A DNA stretch of 63,977 nucleotides, the filler included, from Basidiobolus ranarum (taxonomy: Eukaryota): the NCBI GenBank assembly GCA_040143965.1. It is 3 parts of 3 records of this genome, joined end to end, with 100 filler letters (N's around TTAATTAATTAA, not from the genome) between each part and the next. Parts side by side here need not be neighbours in the genome. Positions count along the whole stretch, not along the records: positions 43,070 to 63,977 come from JASJQH010000218.1; 2 more parts are not named here. One strand, written 5' to 3'. Positions 51,901-63,832 of this stretch are shown one piece after another; within the stretch, counting starts at the first letter, position 1; each line of letters begins with the position of its first letter. The position numbers and the translations under genes are program-made. The notes under the pieces were generated by a model. That model saw nothing but the letters and a program-made list of their open reading frames with translations, did no database searches and had not been told where the DNA came from.

Positions 51901-52499
51901 GGTGCAGTAAGTAGTCTATTTGAGGTGACGGGGACTTTAGTGTATCCTTCATGCACGACTTCAACATTAGTCTGATCCGATTTATGAATTTCGACTGAGA
52001 CAGGCAAAGTCATCTTAACATCTGTGCCTGTCAGTTTAGTCCAAAGTGCCTTCAGCCAAGGACGGAAGGCGGTTTCATGACCGTTACCATCATACTCATC
52101 TCCTAATCCGACTGGTAAAATATTGAAACCACCAAGTTCGCTCATTCGTTGGTCCAATAATTTAGCAGCCTTGTTGAAGTTTTCTTGCAATGTACGGTTT
52201 CCGAGGCCAAAAACTGCATATCTAGTGTTATGGAAGAGGTTGGCTGAGTGATTTTGGTTCTTGAGGTAAGCCCAGAGTGGAGCAGCAGAATCAGGAAACT
52301 CGCCATTGTAGAAAGTACAAGTTAGAAATACGATCAAAGGCTCATTGGGCAGTGTTTCTAGATCAACTTCGTCCATTCGAGTCAGCTTAACGTCGAAGCT
52401 ACGGATTTTAGCAAAGGTTTGCACCACTTTGGCATAGCCTTCGGTTGTTCCTGTCTGAGAACCGTATAAAATCAGCATTCGTGACTTTTCTGCTGCCAT
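48912..52499 (-). CDS. hcp: Diflavin reductase (flavodoxin-FAD-NADPH)::hybrid cluster protein (HCP, hydroxylamine/NO reductase) fusion
   Basis: Single intronless 1195-aa ORF. Residues about 1-571: [61 protein letters not shown], YCG. Residues 608-1195: [70 protein letters not shown]. Confidence 0.95.
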   Translation of the reverse strand: [1195 protein letters not shown]

Positions 52500-53964
52500 T
52501 TTAGGTTTTCGGTGTTCACTAAATAGTAGGAAACAAAGTCAGATTGATATTCTGAAGATGAGGTGCTCCAGGTATTTATGTGTAAATTGATGCAGAGTCT
52601 AGACAATTTACCATGTCCCAAGGAATTCGAATTATACTGGAAATTGCCATCCTCAGTTTTGTTTGTAATCCCGTCCTAATATGGAGATATCTTTTATGAT
52701 CCAGGTAAACTTTCTTTCGGAATGCTTGATTGGTAAGATTTTACAATGAAGTTTTTAGCAGTCTAACATTTGTAGACCAACAGAACCTAAGCCTCACTTG
52801 ACTATGCAGGTCTGATCCATAGGCTGAGCCGGACTATACTGCTTCTTGAGCAATATAATTCAATATAATGCTGAATGTTTCTACTTTCTCAGGCTTCAAC
52901 CTGGAGTATACTGCCTGAAATGTAGCCAATAACATATCGGATTTGTAATTACCAGTTTAAAAAATTTTAATACCAGCAGTCTGGATGTGATTATAAACAT
53001 ATTTTTCACTATACTACTCATCATTCCTCACTCAACCAATGTAAGATCGAGACACATTTGGGAAATTGATGTTGACTTCGACAGTACATGGATATAGCTT
53101 GCATAAAATATAAACGTGATTCATTAAATAAACAGAAGGACAATATCACTGCTTTGTCATATGACACCGCAGTACTAACATACCATTGATGTTTGGAGAG
53201 CCTTCTTGGTCAACACCAATTCTTTCTTTATATTTGGGGATGTCAGTATAGATTTGATTTAGGATACTTACACAGAAGGATGGTTAGAATTTTTCCAATA
53301 ACACCTCAGCCCACTTGGTTTGAGTAGATAATGCTTCATTATTGTCAGTACATAAATTGTGTTGAATTCTTTGGCAAATAATAAATAAACTTTAGTGTCT
53401 CTCAAGGTTACAAAGATGAGTCAGAGTATACATATGCTTAGAGGGTCATGAGCAGAGTGGTAATACTACACAAACGAGCATAATGTTGTGATATTCACCG
53501 TATGTTGAGTTTATCCATGTTTGAGTATCATGATATACTGCCCTACTGGATGAAGCATAGGTATGCATCCATATATTTTCATTCTGCTTGGAGAACGCTA
53601 TACTAGAACTACACATTCACTAAGCGGAACAATTCTAGATTCCACGGTTTATGTGGGGTCTTAACTTGTTTGTGTTTGGCAAGTATAGTATTCTATCCAT
53701 CTAGAGCACTTTATTCTAGCCGTATTACACTAGACTTGGATGTATTTTCAGAGTCATGTTGATGGCTACGATAGTAGCCAGAGGAACTGTACAAAAACTG
53801 TACAAAGGATTACTAATCAATAAATTAATCAAATTTCATCTTCAAAATCGTAATGAATTGAGATATCAGGTTCTAATTGATTAAACTTCATCACAAATAG
53901 TGTAAATATGCAAGTTGTAAACTAGTACATGATGTGTATAACTCTCATTGGGGTTAGTATGTAT

Positions 53965-55602
53965 CTAGCGAATGATATTGAAGTTGGTGGGATTTGAAGC
54001 ATTGATACCATCACTCATCGATGCTCCTTTGATAACGGGGGTGCCAATTTTGCATTCCTTGGTTTCATCTCGAACTTGTTTTAGAAATGGGATGAGGTCA
54101 GTTCCACCAGTACCTCTAACTACTTTATCGTTGTCCACAACTCTGGCGATGCCATGACTGGTGGATACTTTGTTCGTGTTTACCGGGACTGGGGCTTTCG
54201 GGAATTCAGCGGATACATTGGCGTTTGACGGAGCTGTCATACCCGATTGACCTTTCTTAGCTGGGATGACTATATACCGGGTAACCATTTGGATATGAGC
54301 GTTTCTGAACAACCTCAGCTGTTCTAAACACTCATCAAAGGCACCTAAAAGCTCTTCCTGCTCCGAATCATCAATCTGCGGTGATATTTGTACTTGATTA
54401 ACAGATACATCTTGAACATATTGACGAATACTAGGGGCAATCTCTAAGGCTTCCAAAAAGCGGCGATGTTTACCAGGCATATATTGACGCATTTCCATAA
54501 AGAAGTTGACTGGCTTGTTTTTCTTAATTGAAGCGTCGTTCACTTCTTCAGACTTGGATTCTCCGGTAGCGCTGTGTTGAACACCTAATGCTACATCCAA
54601 ACTGTGGATCAAAGCACTCTGTCCAGCACTTCCACCAGCGTACTTACGATAACGCGTATGCAATTCTTCTTGATCTGCGTAGGGTTTGACGTCATCTACA
54701 CCTTGATAAAGGATACCATGAGGCAATCCTGCATCAGACATATTCTTCCAACCAGCCAAGTAAGTCCGAATTTTCCAATAAAACAAATAAGGATCGCATT
54801 TGTCATACATTTGAACGAGAATACGCTCTAGCTTTTGAATAGTCTCGGAGAGCTTTTGGAGCCAGTAGATTACTTTTCTAGGCGAGTTATCAACGACTGC
54901 CTTCATGGCATTAACAACTGCGGTCAACGCACGCCCACCTTGAGCCTCAATGGCAGCAGTGACCAAATAAAACCATGCCTCGTCGTGGGATCCAGTAAAG
55001 GTATGCATCATTGCCATGTTACTGTTGATGAATCGAATAGAATTAGAGGGTTGCTTAATCTTCCTCCAGTCATTTACTTAAACTAATACTGTACCTCAAA
55101 TCCAAAGGGCCATCTCTATCAAGGAGTCTCCAATTCCAGATAACAATGGATGCATTACACAATACCGGGCTCATATCAAGAATGGAGGATAATTTTATAA
55201 AAGGGACAGCAACACACGGGGGCAGCACTTGGGATACAGGTTCGTTTTTTCCCCAAATGAAACCATGAGTAAACATAGAAAGAATAACAAAAACTCGTTG
55301 GTATTCGGCTTCTGATATGAGTTGGTTGACATCCAACAGAGGCAACTAGGTTCGAATTAAAACCAAAGGTTAAAACAATCGAAAGATAAGCATTGCTCCA
55401 TTAAAACTGATCAACATACTTGGAGTATCTTTTGACGAAGTTTGCCAGCCAGTAGCAACTCTTTCAAATCGTCCATGATCAGCTCCCAGGGTTCATAATA
55501 TGGATTGGAGAGACGTCTTAGAGGTCCATTGGGAGGAAGAAACCCCGTCTCGGGAGATATGCCAAAATCTTCCAAGTGAGGGATTTTATCCATGGTAGAC
55601 AT
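53965..55602 (-). CDS. BNA2: Indoleamine 2,3-dioxygenase, 3 exons
   Basis: FGISPETGFLP, YYEPWE, TFTGSHDEAWFYLV, FYWKIRTYLAGWKN, YAGGSAGQSALIH, MRQYMPGKHRRFL, FRNAHIQMVTRYI (proximal His), RGTGGTDLIPFLKQVRDET. Confidence 0.95.
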
Positions 55603-57612
55603 TGTGTAGTGGTGGAATTGAAATTTATAAGCGTGTATAATTGAACGGGTAGATGTGTCTATCTAAGTACTAGGTCAAAAATGAAAGGTCACCGTTATTG
55701 TTCCTCCAAAAAACGAACAAAAAATAAGCAACTGGGATTGTCACCACCTTTATAATAAATCCAGATGACAAAGATTCATACGAAATCTTGTACGCCCCGA
55801 CACTATTTTCAAAACTCAACTTCCGACCAATAATGAGTATGGATAAGCACGAGCTTGTCTAAAATTACGTTGGACCAAAAAGGAAATCCTCATGGTGGTT
55901 TCTCGATTTTTCAATGATTTTGTGGTGACTTTTGAGCTTTTAGATCGGGACAACAGGGAGAAATCTAACCCGCAAGAACCGATGCTAGAATGTAAGATAG
56001 CTCCCATCGAAAGGGAACATCTAGTGGTAAAAGGTTGACCACAACAGCTCGGGATATTAGTAATAGAATGGCTAGCATTATCCAATTCATGTGCTATGTG
56101 CTCATAAGAAAGGATGTGGGACAGTGTATCACACCATTTGTGTTTCAGTCCAGACCAGGCTATCATCGTAGATGGGGAGAAGTCCGACTCTAACATCATA
56201 GTAAGCTTATATGATAGGCGACGCCCATGGAATTACGAGATATGAACTTATGATTGTTTGTTAGAAGTTGAGATCCAAGAATAAAGTGGACACTACAGGT
56301 ACATATTAATATCCACAAGGAATGGAATTGTTGTTGGCGGTGTTGGAAAAGTATAGTCTGACAATTTGGCATGTTGATGATTACTAAAGAATCATTAGCA
56401 TGTTTAAGGTTGATCTCCTGCCATTCTCAGTCGATTTGAAATATAAACTTGGATGTAGTGGAGTATGTATTTTAAATATATATTGTTTTGGTTAAACTAT
56501 GAACTACAGAGAAGAAACTCCACTGATCATTACTAATGACCTGGAACATACATCTGAGATTCGACTTCTACCATTAAGCGAAGTGATTTTAACAATAAGC
56601 CAACATCAATACCCATTGACTGCGTGGTGTACTACGGTTTGGAGAAGTTAACCTTGAATAGTGATATAAACTAGGGCCGCAATGATTGGTATATTCCCTA
56701 CCCAATCAGAAAGATGTGCTTCCTGATTTCTCCATTGTTAGGTAATAAACAAGTTATTTTGTACTTTTACTCTCGGGCTAAATAGGAATCATCGGCTTAA
56801 TGTTTTAGAAGGTTGCTTAAAATTTCACGTTTCGAGCACTGATACCACCACAGTGGTTGGTCATATCTTATCTTGATATCTTGATGCTTCATCTCTCGAT
56901 CACATGATTCAGTTAGATGGGTTGATGGGATAAATCGTGCAGTTGTCTCTACGATTACGTTTCTGAACATTCATTCATAGGGTGTCGGTAGTGTACTGAG
57001 GATTACTCTGGTACTTGGCTATACCTGATGCAAATAATGAGTATAGAATAGACGCAAATCTTGTGCTGGAGGGGTTTACTTCGCTTTGGCTCTAGCATGA
57101 CAGGTACTTTGGAACCTGATGAACATAATCCGATCACTTTTTGTTAGTTAATCTTGTTTTAGCTTGTTAAATTGAAACTTTGGTTTTATTGGAGAAACTC
57201 TTGGAATAGTCGGTCAATGGCAAAAGCACAGATTTTCATCGGATCATTTCTACCTGCTTATTAGTGTGTGGTCATTGCTAACGTTGGATAATTATTGAAG
57301 TCATTAGTTCATTATTATGGAGTTTTTATTGGTAGGAAGATATCTAAAGAATTAAATGTGTTTGTCGCAGAACTCTGGAAACATGTTAAATGGAACATTC
57401 AACAAATCAATTACTGATTTATATTAGAAAATCATACGATTATGGCTGTATAGGTCTAAGAAGTCTTTGAGCGGATAGGTTATTACATTTACAACACCTT
57501 GGAATCCTGACACTTCAAAGGGTAACTATTCTGAAAGTGCACTAGAAAAGGTTTAAATTTGCGAAATTGCGTAGGCGACGATGGGAACAAAAGCTGCCTA
57601 AGCAAACGCATT

Positions 57613-57834
57613 CTAGTTATTATTTTCAGAGGTACCAGTAGTCGTAGCTATGGAACCAAATAAGGTAGACTTTGGATAAGGACTACGCGGTAGTTTACAG
57701 CTTTCCTTTAGCCAGTTGACATCTTTAGAGAAGGATATAGACATGTTTGGTTTATGAGAGGAATTCTTTGCTGCGCCGATAATGATACTCGGACTGGTGC
57801 TTTCAAGTCCCATAGTGCGTGTGGCGGTAGACAT
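57613..57834 (-). CDS. Possible small hypothetical protein (73 aa)
   Basis: GCCATG context after a pyrimidine-rich leader; S/T-rich ORF containing KLPRSPYP. No family recognised. Confidence 0.35.
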   Translation of the reverse strand: MSTATRTMGLESTSPSIIIGAAKNSSHKPNMSISFSKDVNWLKESCKLPRSPYPKSTLFGSIATTTGTSENNN

Positions 57835-60800
57835 GGCAAAGAATTAATAGTCGTGAAAGATGAAGAAATTGGGGATGCGTCTAGTTAGGAGAGGCTAAAA
57901 TATGTGTTGCGAAGGTGATTATGTGAAGTTAAAAGCCAGTCTCGAGGGTAATTTAGAGCAAATAAGCGGTCAAGGATTCTCTTTTCAAGTTGAGGCTATT
58001 TGTTACTTGCAGCTCACTGATGTTGAATCGTACAATCAGCTGCAATATATAGACTTTGGATCAATCATGTGAGCCCACATATAGGATAAACAAGAATCAA
58101 TGTCATAAAATATCAGGATGCGAATTGGCCAAGGGGCATATTAAATCTCCGTGGCTTGGACTCACATTTGGAGCGGTTAACATTACATGAGCACATCAAT
58201 TATGCATACAACTGGTATTACATGATATCATGTTTATGTCAGCCCAGTATAGCATTCCAATTGTTCCTCAGTCAGAAATCATTTTCCAATTCGCCCGTAA
58301 CATTGTACTTCATTTCTCAAAGACTTAGGCCAATTCGTGTTACCTGATTCATCTTTGCTTAGCCAGAAAGTCCTTGAAAGGGATATTGGAAGTCTATTTT
58401 CACTAAACGAGTATGCGGTGCGGCACCGCTGATAAATGAGTTACCGGGCTTTACAATTAATAATTACTTGATAGATATCGTTTCAAAGTAATTTCTGGCA
58501 TTCATATTTAGTAAATATGATGTTTTTGGAATGTATCTTAGTTTTGGGTTTATGTTAATCCGTGAAACTAACCCTTGTCCTCAAGTGAATGAAGCGAGTC
58601 AGGCTTCATATGAAATTGAGATTCCTGGAATCAGGGAAATATCTCTACTATCAGGGTGAAAATGCCCTTAAACATAATTCATGAAATCCGAGATGGAATG
58701 TTATACCACAACGACTGCATCTCGTAAGTTTTTCATTCTAGTGGAATCAAAGTCCATCTTGGAGCCTCATTGAGAGGGCTTGGTTTCAAGTGCATGTAGA
58801 GCCCAGACGTTCGCAATTCTATATAGCCAGGGGTTTTACAAGTTGTGCCTTAATGGTAATGGCCTGGGATTTTGTTCTACCACCTGCGAGGTTCATCATA
58901 TTAGCCATAAATTATCGCATCATACCAGATAATGTTTCCCACATTGATTTCAGGATTTTGTCTACAGAGATTAAATGCGGTCATTATTCAATGACCTCCG
59001 TTGTTTGACCTTGCTGCCTACATGTTTGAGCCATATATTTACTGAGCAGTAATGCATTGTAGGCCTTATGCAAGCCAATCTTTAGATTCAGTACATCTAG
59101 CACAACCATGCGGAAATTGTAGGAGCATGCAACTTAATAATATGCCGTGATATGATGTAGAAGGCTCAACTTGATGGTAATGGCTACAGCTATGATTTGC
59201 TATAAATAGTTTAGTATAATATACGAAATTTGCTTATTTTGGATGGGTTGCTTTAAGAAATGGATGTTTTTAAGCAAGTTGAATAATGGCCATGTTTATT
59301 CGTGAGGAGTTTGGGAATATTCCCCTGCAGTAAATTTCAGCCTCCTCCTCCTCCTCCCAAACTCAACTGTACATGAATTATGACTACTATCACTATATTC
59401 AAAAGAAAATAAGCAAAGAGAAAGGTAAAAGCATATTGACATGCGGTTGACACAAGTAATCTATTTCCGATACTATTTGTGATGTAAATACGTTTCATGG
59501 AAGGTATATATGAAATATTATACCTGCAATGACTAGGGAGCTAGATGGAGAGCCTTAGGATCGAACCTAAATTTCAATCAATTATCTTGACTAGATTCTT
59601 TATGATGAAATACAAAGGAAACAACCTGTTCCTACACGTCATGTTTACAGTTACTAATGATATTTTCACAAGGAGCTAGAAGGGTATTTTGTTTTGTCTC
59701 GTACAGAGCATTGAGTATTGTGGCAAATGTTCCTGAAATTCCTCAATATACAGAGATTGGTGAGTAGCAGGCTAAGTCTGCTCTTCATGTGTATTTACAT
59801 CCTTCTGAAGAAGAGACGAGCATAGCGTTGAAGACGAATATATATTTGGAGGGGCAGCTTATCTGGTTGATTCCAATAATTAGGCAATAATGGTAGAGTG
59901 CAAGTGTATCAAAACGTTTAATCTATTACATCATGGTGGTAATGTGATAGATGGCCACAAGAGCACATTGTTGTATACCAGAAAAATCGCTAGTTGACGT
60001 ACATTGAGATTTTCATGCCATCACCTATTGTCTTAGTTTCCATGAATTCCTATAGCATATTGAGAATTGGCTGTTTCATTGCCCATAACATAAAGCATCC
60101 ATCTACCATGGTAACTTCTGCTGAAACGAAAAGATTTGCATTTTTGGAGATTGGTCAACAAAGAGGCAGATCAACCCCCCAACTAACACTGAGATATCTT
60201 TTGTACTGAAGCGGGCTTGAAACGGCAGTGGTTTACATTCGAGAGTGAAGGCTTACATCAGATGTGACGTAGTGATGGAATACACTCCAACAATCATCAA
60301 GAAGCCGGGTTCTTCAAATACCATCTTCTCATTGCATTGTGCATTTATGCCTAAAATAAAAATCAGGTGAGAATCGTGAATGTTTCGAAGTACTGAAGGT
60401 CTTATTGGCGGAAAGTTTATGGAAAAGCCCTCTGATATCAACGCCATCCCATAATGTCATGTCATATTAGCAACGCTGTCTCGACCGAATAGAGTTAGGC
60501 ATTTGAGAGTCAAATATCATGAATTGGCTGGCCCGGCTAGGCTATTCTGAATCAAGAAATCCTAATCGGATGCAATAGGAACTATGTTGTAATTGAGAAC
60601 CGAAACATCTCTATTACAACAAGCGCCTTCATGGATAGATGTGAGCCAATCTAGGTTACTTTATGGCATATTGCTTATCAAGCAGTATCGAGGCTTCCCT
60701 ACCCCCTAGTATGCCTAGAGATACTGGCTACAATTGCATGAGCTTAGGGAGAACAATCAATTTACACGACAATCGGAAGGAAGAGTCTCAGTGGTTCGCA

Positions 60801-62311
60801 AAACAATCCCCTGTGGCTGCTCCCCTCTGCTCTTGCTGGTATTCCCACTCTCGCTTCAAATTGGAATAATTGATGGGATGTGCTTATATTGTGTTGAATC
60901 TCTGTGCCGGAATATGCCAGTCGAGTGAAGATACCATGCATCAGACTTGAGTAGACTATGATCGATACCTCAGATCTCAAAAGGTGCAGGTATTAACGTA
61001 AGAGGATACATGCACCTTGTTCGGTGCAGAGCAGTAAGCTACAGTTTCAGGATTCATAGCTCGAGAGAAACACACTTTTGATTTATCCGGAAATCTTCAA
61101 CGAGGATCAATTTCAGTTTGAAGGTTTGTATCAACGTTGACTCACTGGGCTTTACAAGTTGGGTGTTTCAGCGACTCATCACAGGATCTTGAGCTATATC
61201 ATGGAGTTGGGTAAACCTGTTATTTTCAGAGTCTCTGCTCTTATAATCGTTCTTTAAGCTTAGAAGAATAGGCGTTGATTGGGTTCTTTGAAATGGCACC
61301 AATATTTAACCTTCAGCCTACTTCCCCCTACTTCATTGTTGAAAATAGTTAATCGCGATCCTGATTTGGATCTAATCATCCATAATTTGAAGGAGGCGAT
61401 TAGCAGCAGAGGTGTTTCACATTGGCAATGCGCGCCATCCTTCAGCTTCTAGCTCGATGTTGATGGACGACAGTAGAGGGCCAATTGTGTTATGCTATCA
61501 GACGCAAAGCCTGATATGTGCGACACCTTACCCAGACGCGTAGTGTTAGTATACTGAAAAGTAATGAGCCTAATATCCTCCATAAGCGAAGCAAAGCAGA
61601 TGCTTGAGCTTTGTGTACAGCCTCGTTGCAAGAAAGCCAGGCCTTGTCATTTCGTGAGCATATTGTGATTAGTCCTAATTATCATAACGTATGCACTCCA
61701 AGTATTAACGAAACATGCTTTAAGCATAACTCATGAAGTGTTACTTAGTAACGGGAATACAGTTGAATCATGCACAGGATACCTTTCCGAATAAGAAATT
61801 CAACAGCTCTTAGCGATCATGCATAGGACGGCAAATTGGCCAGTGTGGGGACTTTTCTGAATCAGCTCAAAACTACTCAGATATTGATATTTAGATTCTC
61901 CTATTCTCGCCTGAGTGACTAGATTCCCTCTGCTAGCGATAGGTTTTCGCAGATTGGATGGCGTAGCTTGATTATATTACACCTTCATCTTACTTACCAA
62001 TGCCTATTTTACTGTACATGATGCATATTGATTTACAGTTCGCACTAGGGAGATCGCCGGAATTGCTGCCTGAGAATTATCGACCGAGAAACTACGCTCC
62101 TATAAATACTCAGAGTGTTGGCCTACAAAGCTGCTAGTAAATATTTTTTGTAATCCTCATTTGCTTTGTCAATTTGATGGTCAGTTACTTACTACCTGAA
62201 AGTCACCAGTGGACACACATCTCCCTACCAACTCACATTTACGAATTCCCACATAACCCACCAACGACGTATCTTCATATAGCCCACACTCCTTTTCCCA
62301 TTTCTCTTGGT

Positions 62312-62977
62312 ATGTCCAAAGTATTTGGATCCCAGTTTTCCGCTCCTTGTCAAGACATAACGCTACCTAGTTGTAACTTTGTATTTCTCAATGGCTGTGA
62401 TAAAGGTCTGAATGGCTCTACTTTGCCAGTATCCGCAATCTCGTACCCTTTTCTACCATCGGAGTTGCCATCTTTTATGAACTCTTCTCCACCACAGCCC
62501 AGCTTTCTGGACGATATGGATACTACTACTGCTTCCTCCTTGTTCACAATCTTAGCTGCTGATTTGACTCACCAATTCTGGCATGGGCAAGCATATTCAT
62601 CCACCCTTGAGTTTCGGTTTTTCATTCAGTACGTGTTAAATACCACTCAAATATCCACAACAACATTGCTTCTGGCCCTGAAATTGATTCACACTATGAA
62701 GCTACGCCAACCCTCTTTGTGTGGCGCACCTGGATCGGAATGCCGCGTTTTTACTGTTGGACTGATTCTTGCCAACAAGACTCTCGAAGACAACAACTTT
62801 ACCAATAAAACGTGGTCCAAGGTAACCGGGCTTCCAAGCATGGAAATCAACCAGATGGAGATGGAGTTTTTACAAGTATTGGATTGGCGTTGTATAGTCA
62901 GTCAACAAGATTACCTGGAGTGGAGGTCACTATTAGAGAACTACCTTCTTTCTTACGATTTATCAATGCTTTCATGA
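62312..62977 (+). CDS. Pho85-type cyclin (Pcl5/Clg1-like)
   Basis: Cyclin box FRFFIQYVLNTTQISTTTLLLALKLI..GSECRVFTVGLILANKTLEDNNFTNKTWSKVTGL..EINQMEMEFLQVLDW. TATAAATA at 62101. An alternative in-frame ATG exists at 62177. Confidence 0.88.
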   Translation: MSKVFGSQFSAPCQDITLPSCNFVFLNGCDKGLNGSTLPVSAISYPFLPSELPSFMNSSPPQPSFLDDMDTTTASSLFTILAADLTHQFWHGQAYSSTLEFRFFIQYVLNTTQISTTTLLLALKLIHTMKLRQPSLCGAPGSECRVFTVGLILANKTLEDNNFTNKTWSKVTGLPSMEINQMEMEFLQVLDWRCIVSQQDYLEWRSLLENYLLSYDLSMLS

Positions 62978-63832
62978 CCCTCTCCCTCTCCATATCATAA
63001 TAATACTACTTTTTCGAGATTGTACACTTTGTAAAGATTTTTCATGTAAATCTACCTTCTCCTAATATTCACGTCATTTCCAACAAAACCACTAAATATG
63101 TTGTTCGAAGTTCAATCTCTGGGGGTAATACTTTACTTCACCTTAAGTTATAACAGTCAGCAGGTATTGGAGCATCTGTTTCCTCACGTTTATAACATTT
63201 GAAAAGCTGCGATTGGATTCTTGAATAATGGCTCGATGCTTTGAAGACTTCCAGAGATGGTTGTCAGTTACATTTCACAAAGAACACGTCAGTCGTGATT
63301 CATGTTGGCCAATTCTATTGTTTTTCAACTTTCTATTTTGTAAAAGTCCCCCCTCTCTCTGCTCCAGCTCAGAAAATATTTTGGAATTCCACCGAATGTA
63401 CTTGTTTCGACTTACTCTTGAAATTCTGCTCCAACCTAATTTAATACAAGCTATTACCAACTTACAGTATGCGTCCCTCTAAAGGATATTCCCGTCTTGA
63501 GAGGAATTCGTGATCTATCTTATGCAATAAGCTCAACTTTAACAACGAAGAGGTTTATTGGTATATTTTCTATCAGGATTCATTGTTACCTAATCGACAG
63601 TAAAGTTCTAAGTGAATTCATTCGAATTTAAATATAGAAATCCAATGAAGAGAAGATTAAGGACGGTGTATCGGCGTGGAATGATTTGGTGCTAGGATTT
63701 CGATTTAGTTGAAAAGCGAGTGAGAGCAATTGTGGATGGAAGCCAATGTTGGTGAGAAATGCTGCCCAACGAAAGCGAGAAGTGTACAAAAATGATTCCT
63801 TTCATATTGGTTTTTTGGGATTGTAAATTAGT

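Noticed and set aside
55816-56199. 127-aa minus-strand ORF upstream of IDO
   Set aside because: No domain signature, and it ends in the IDO promoter region; not supportable as a gene from sequence alone.
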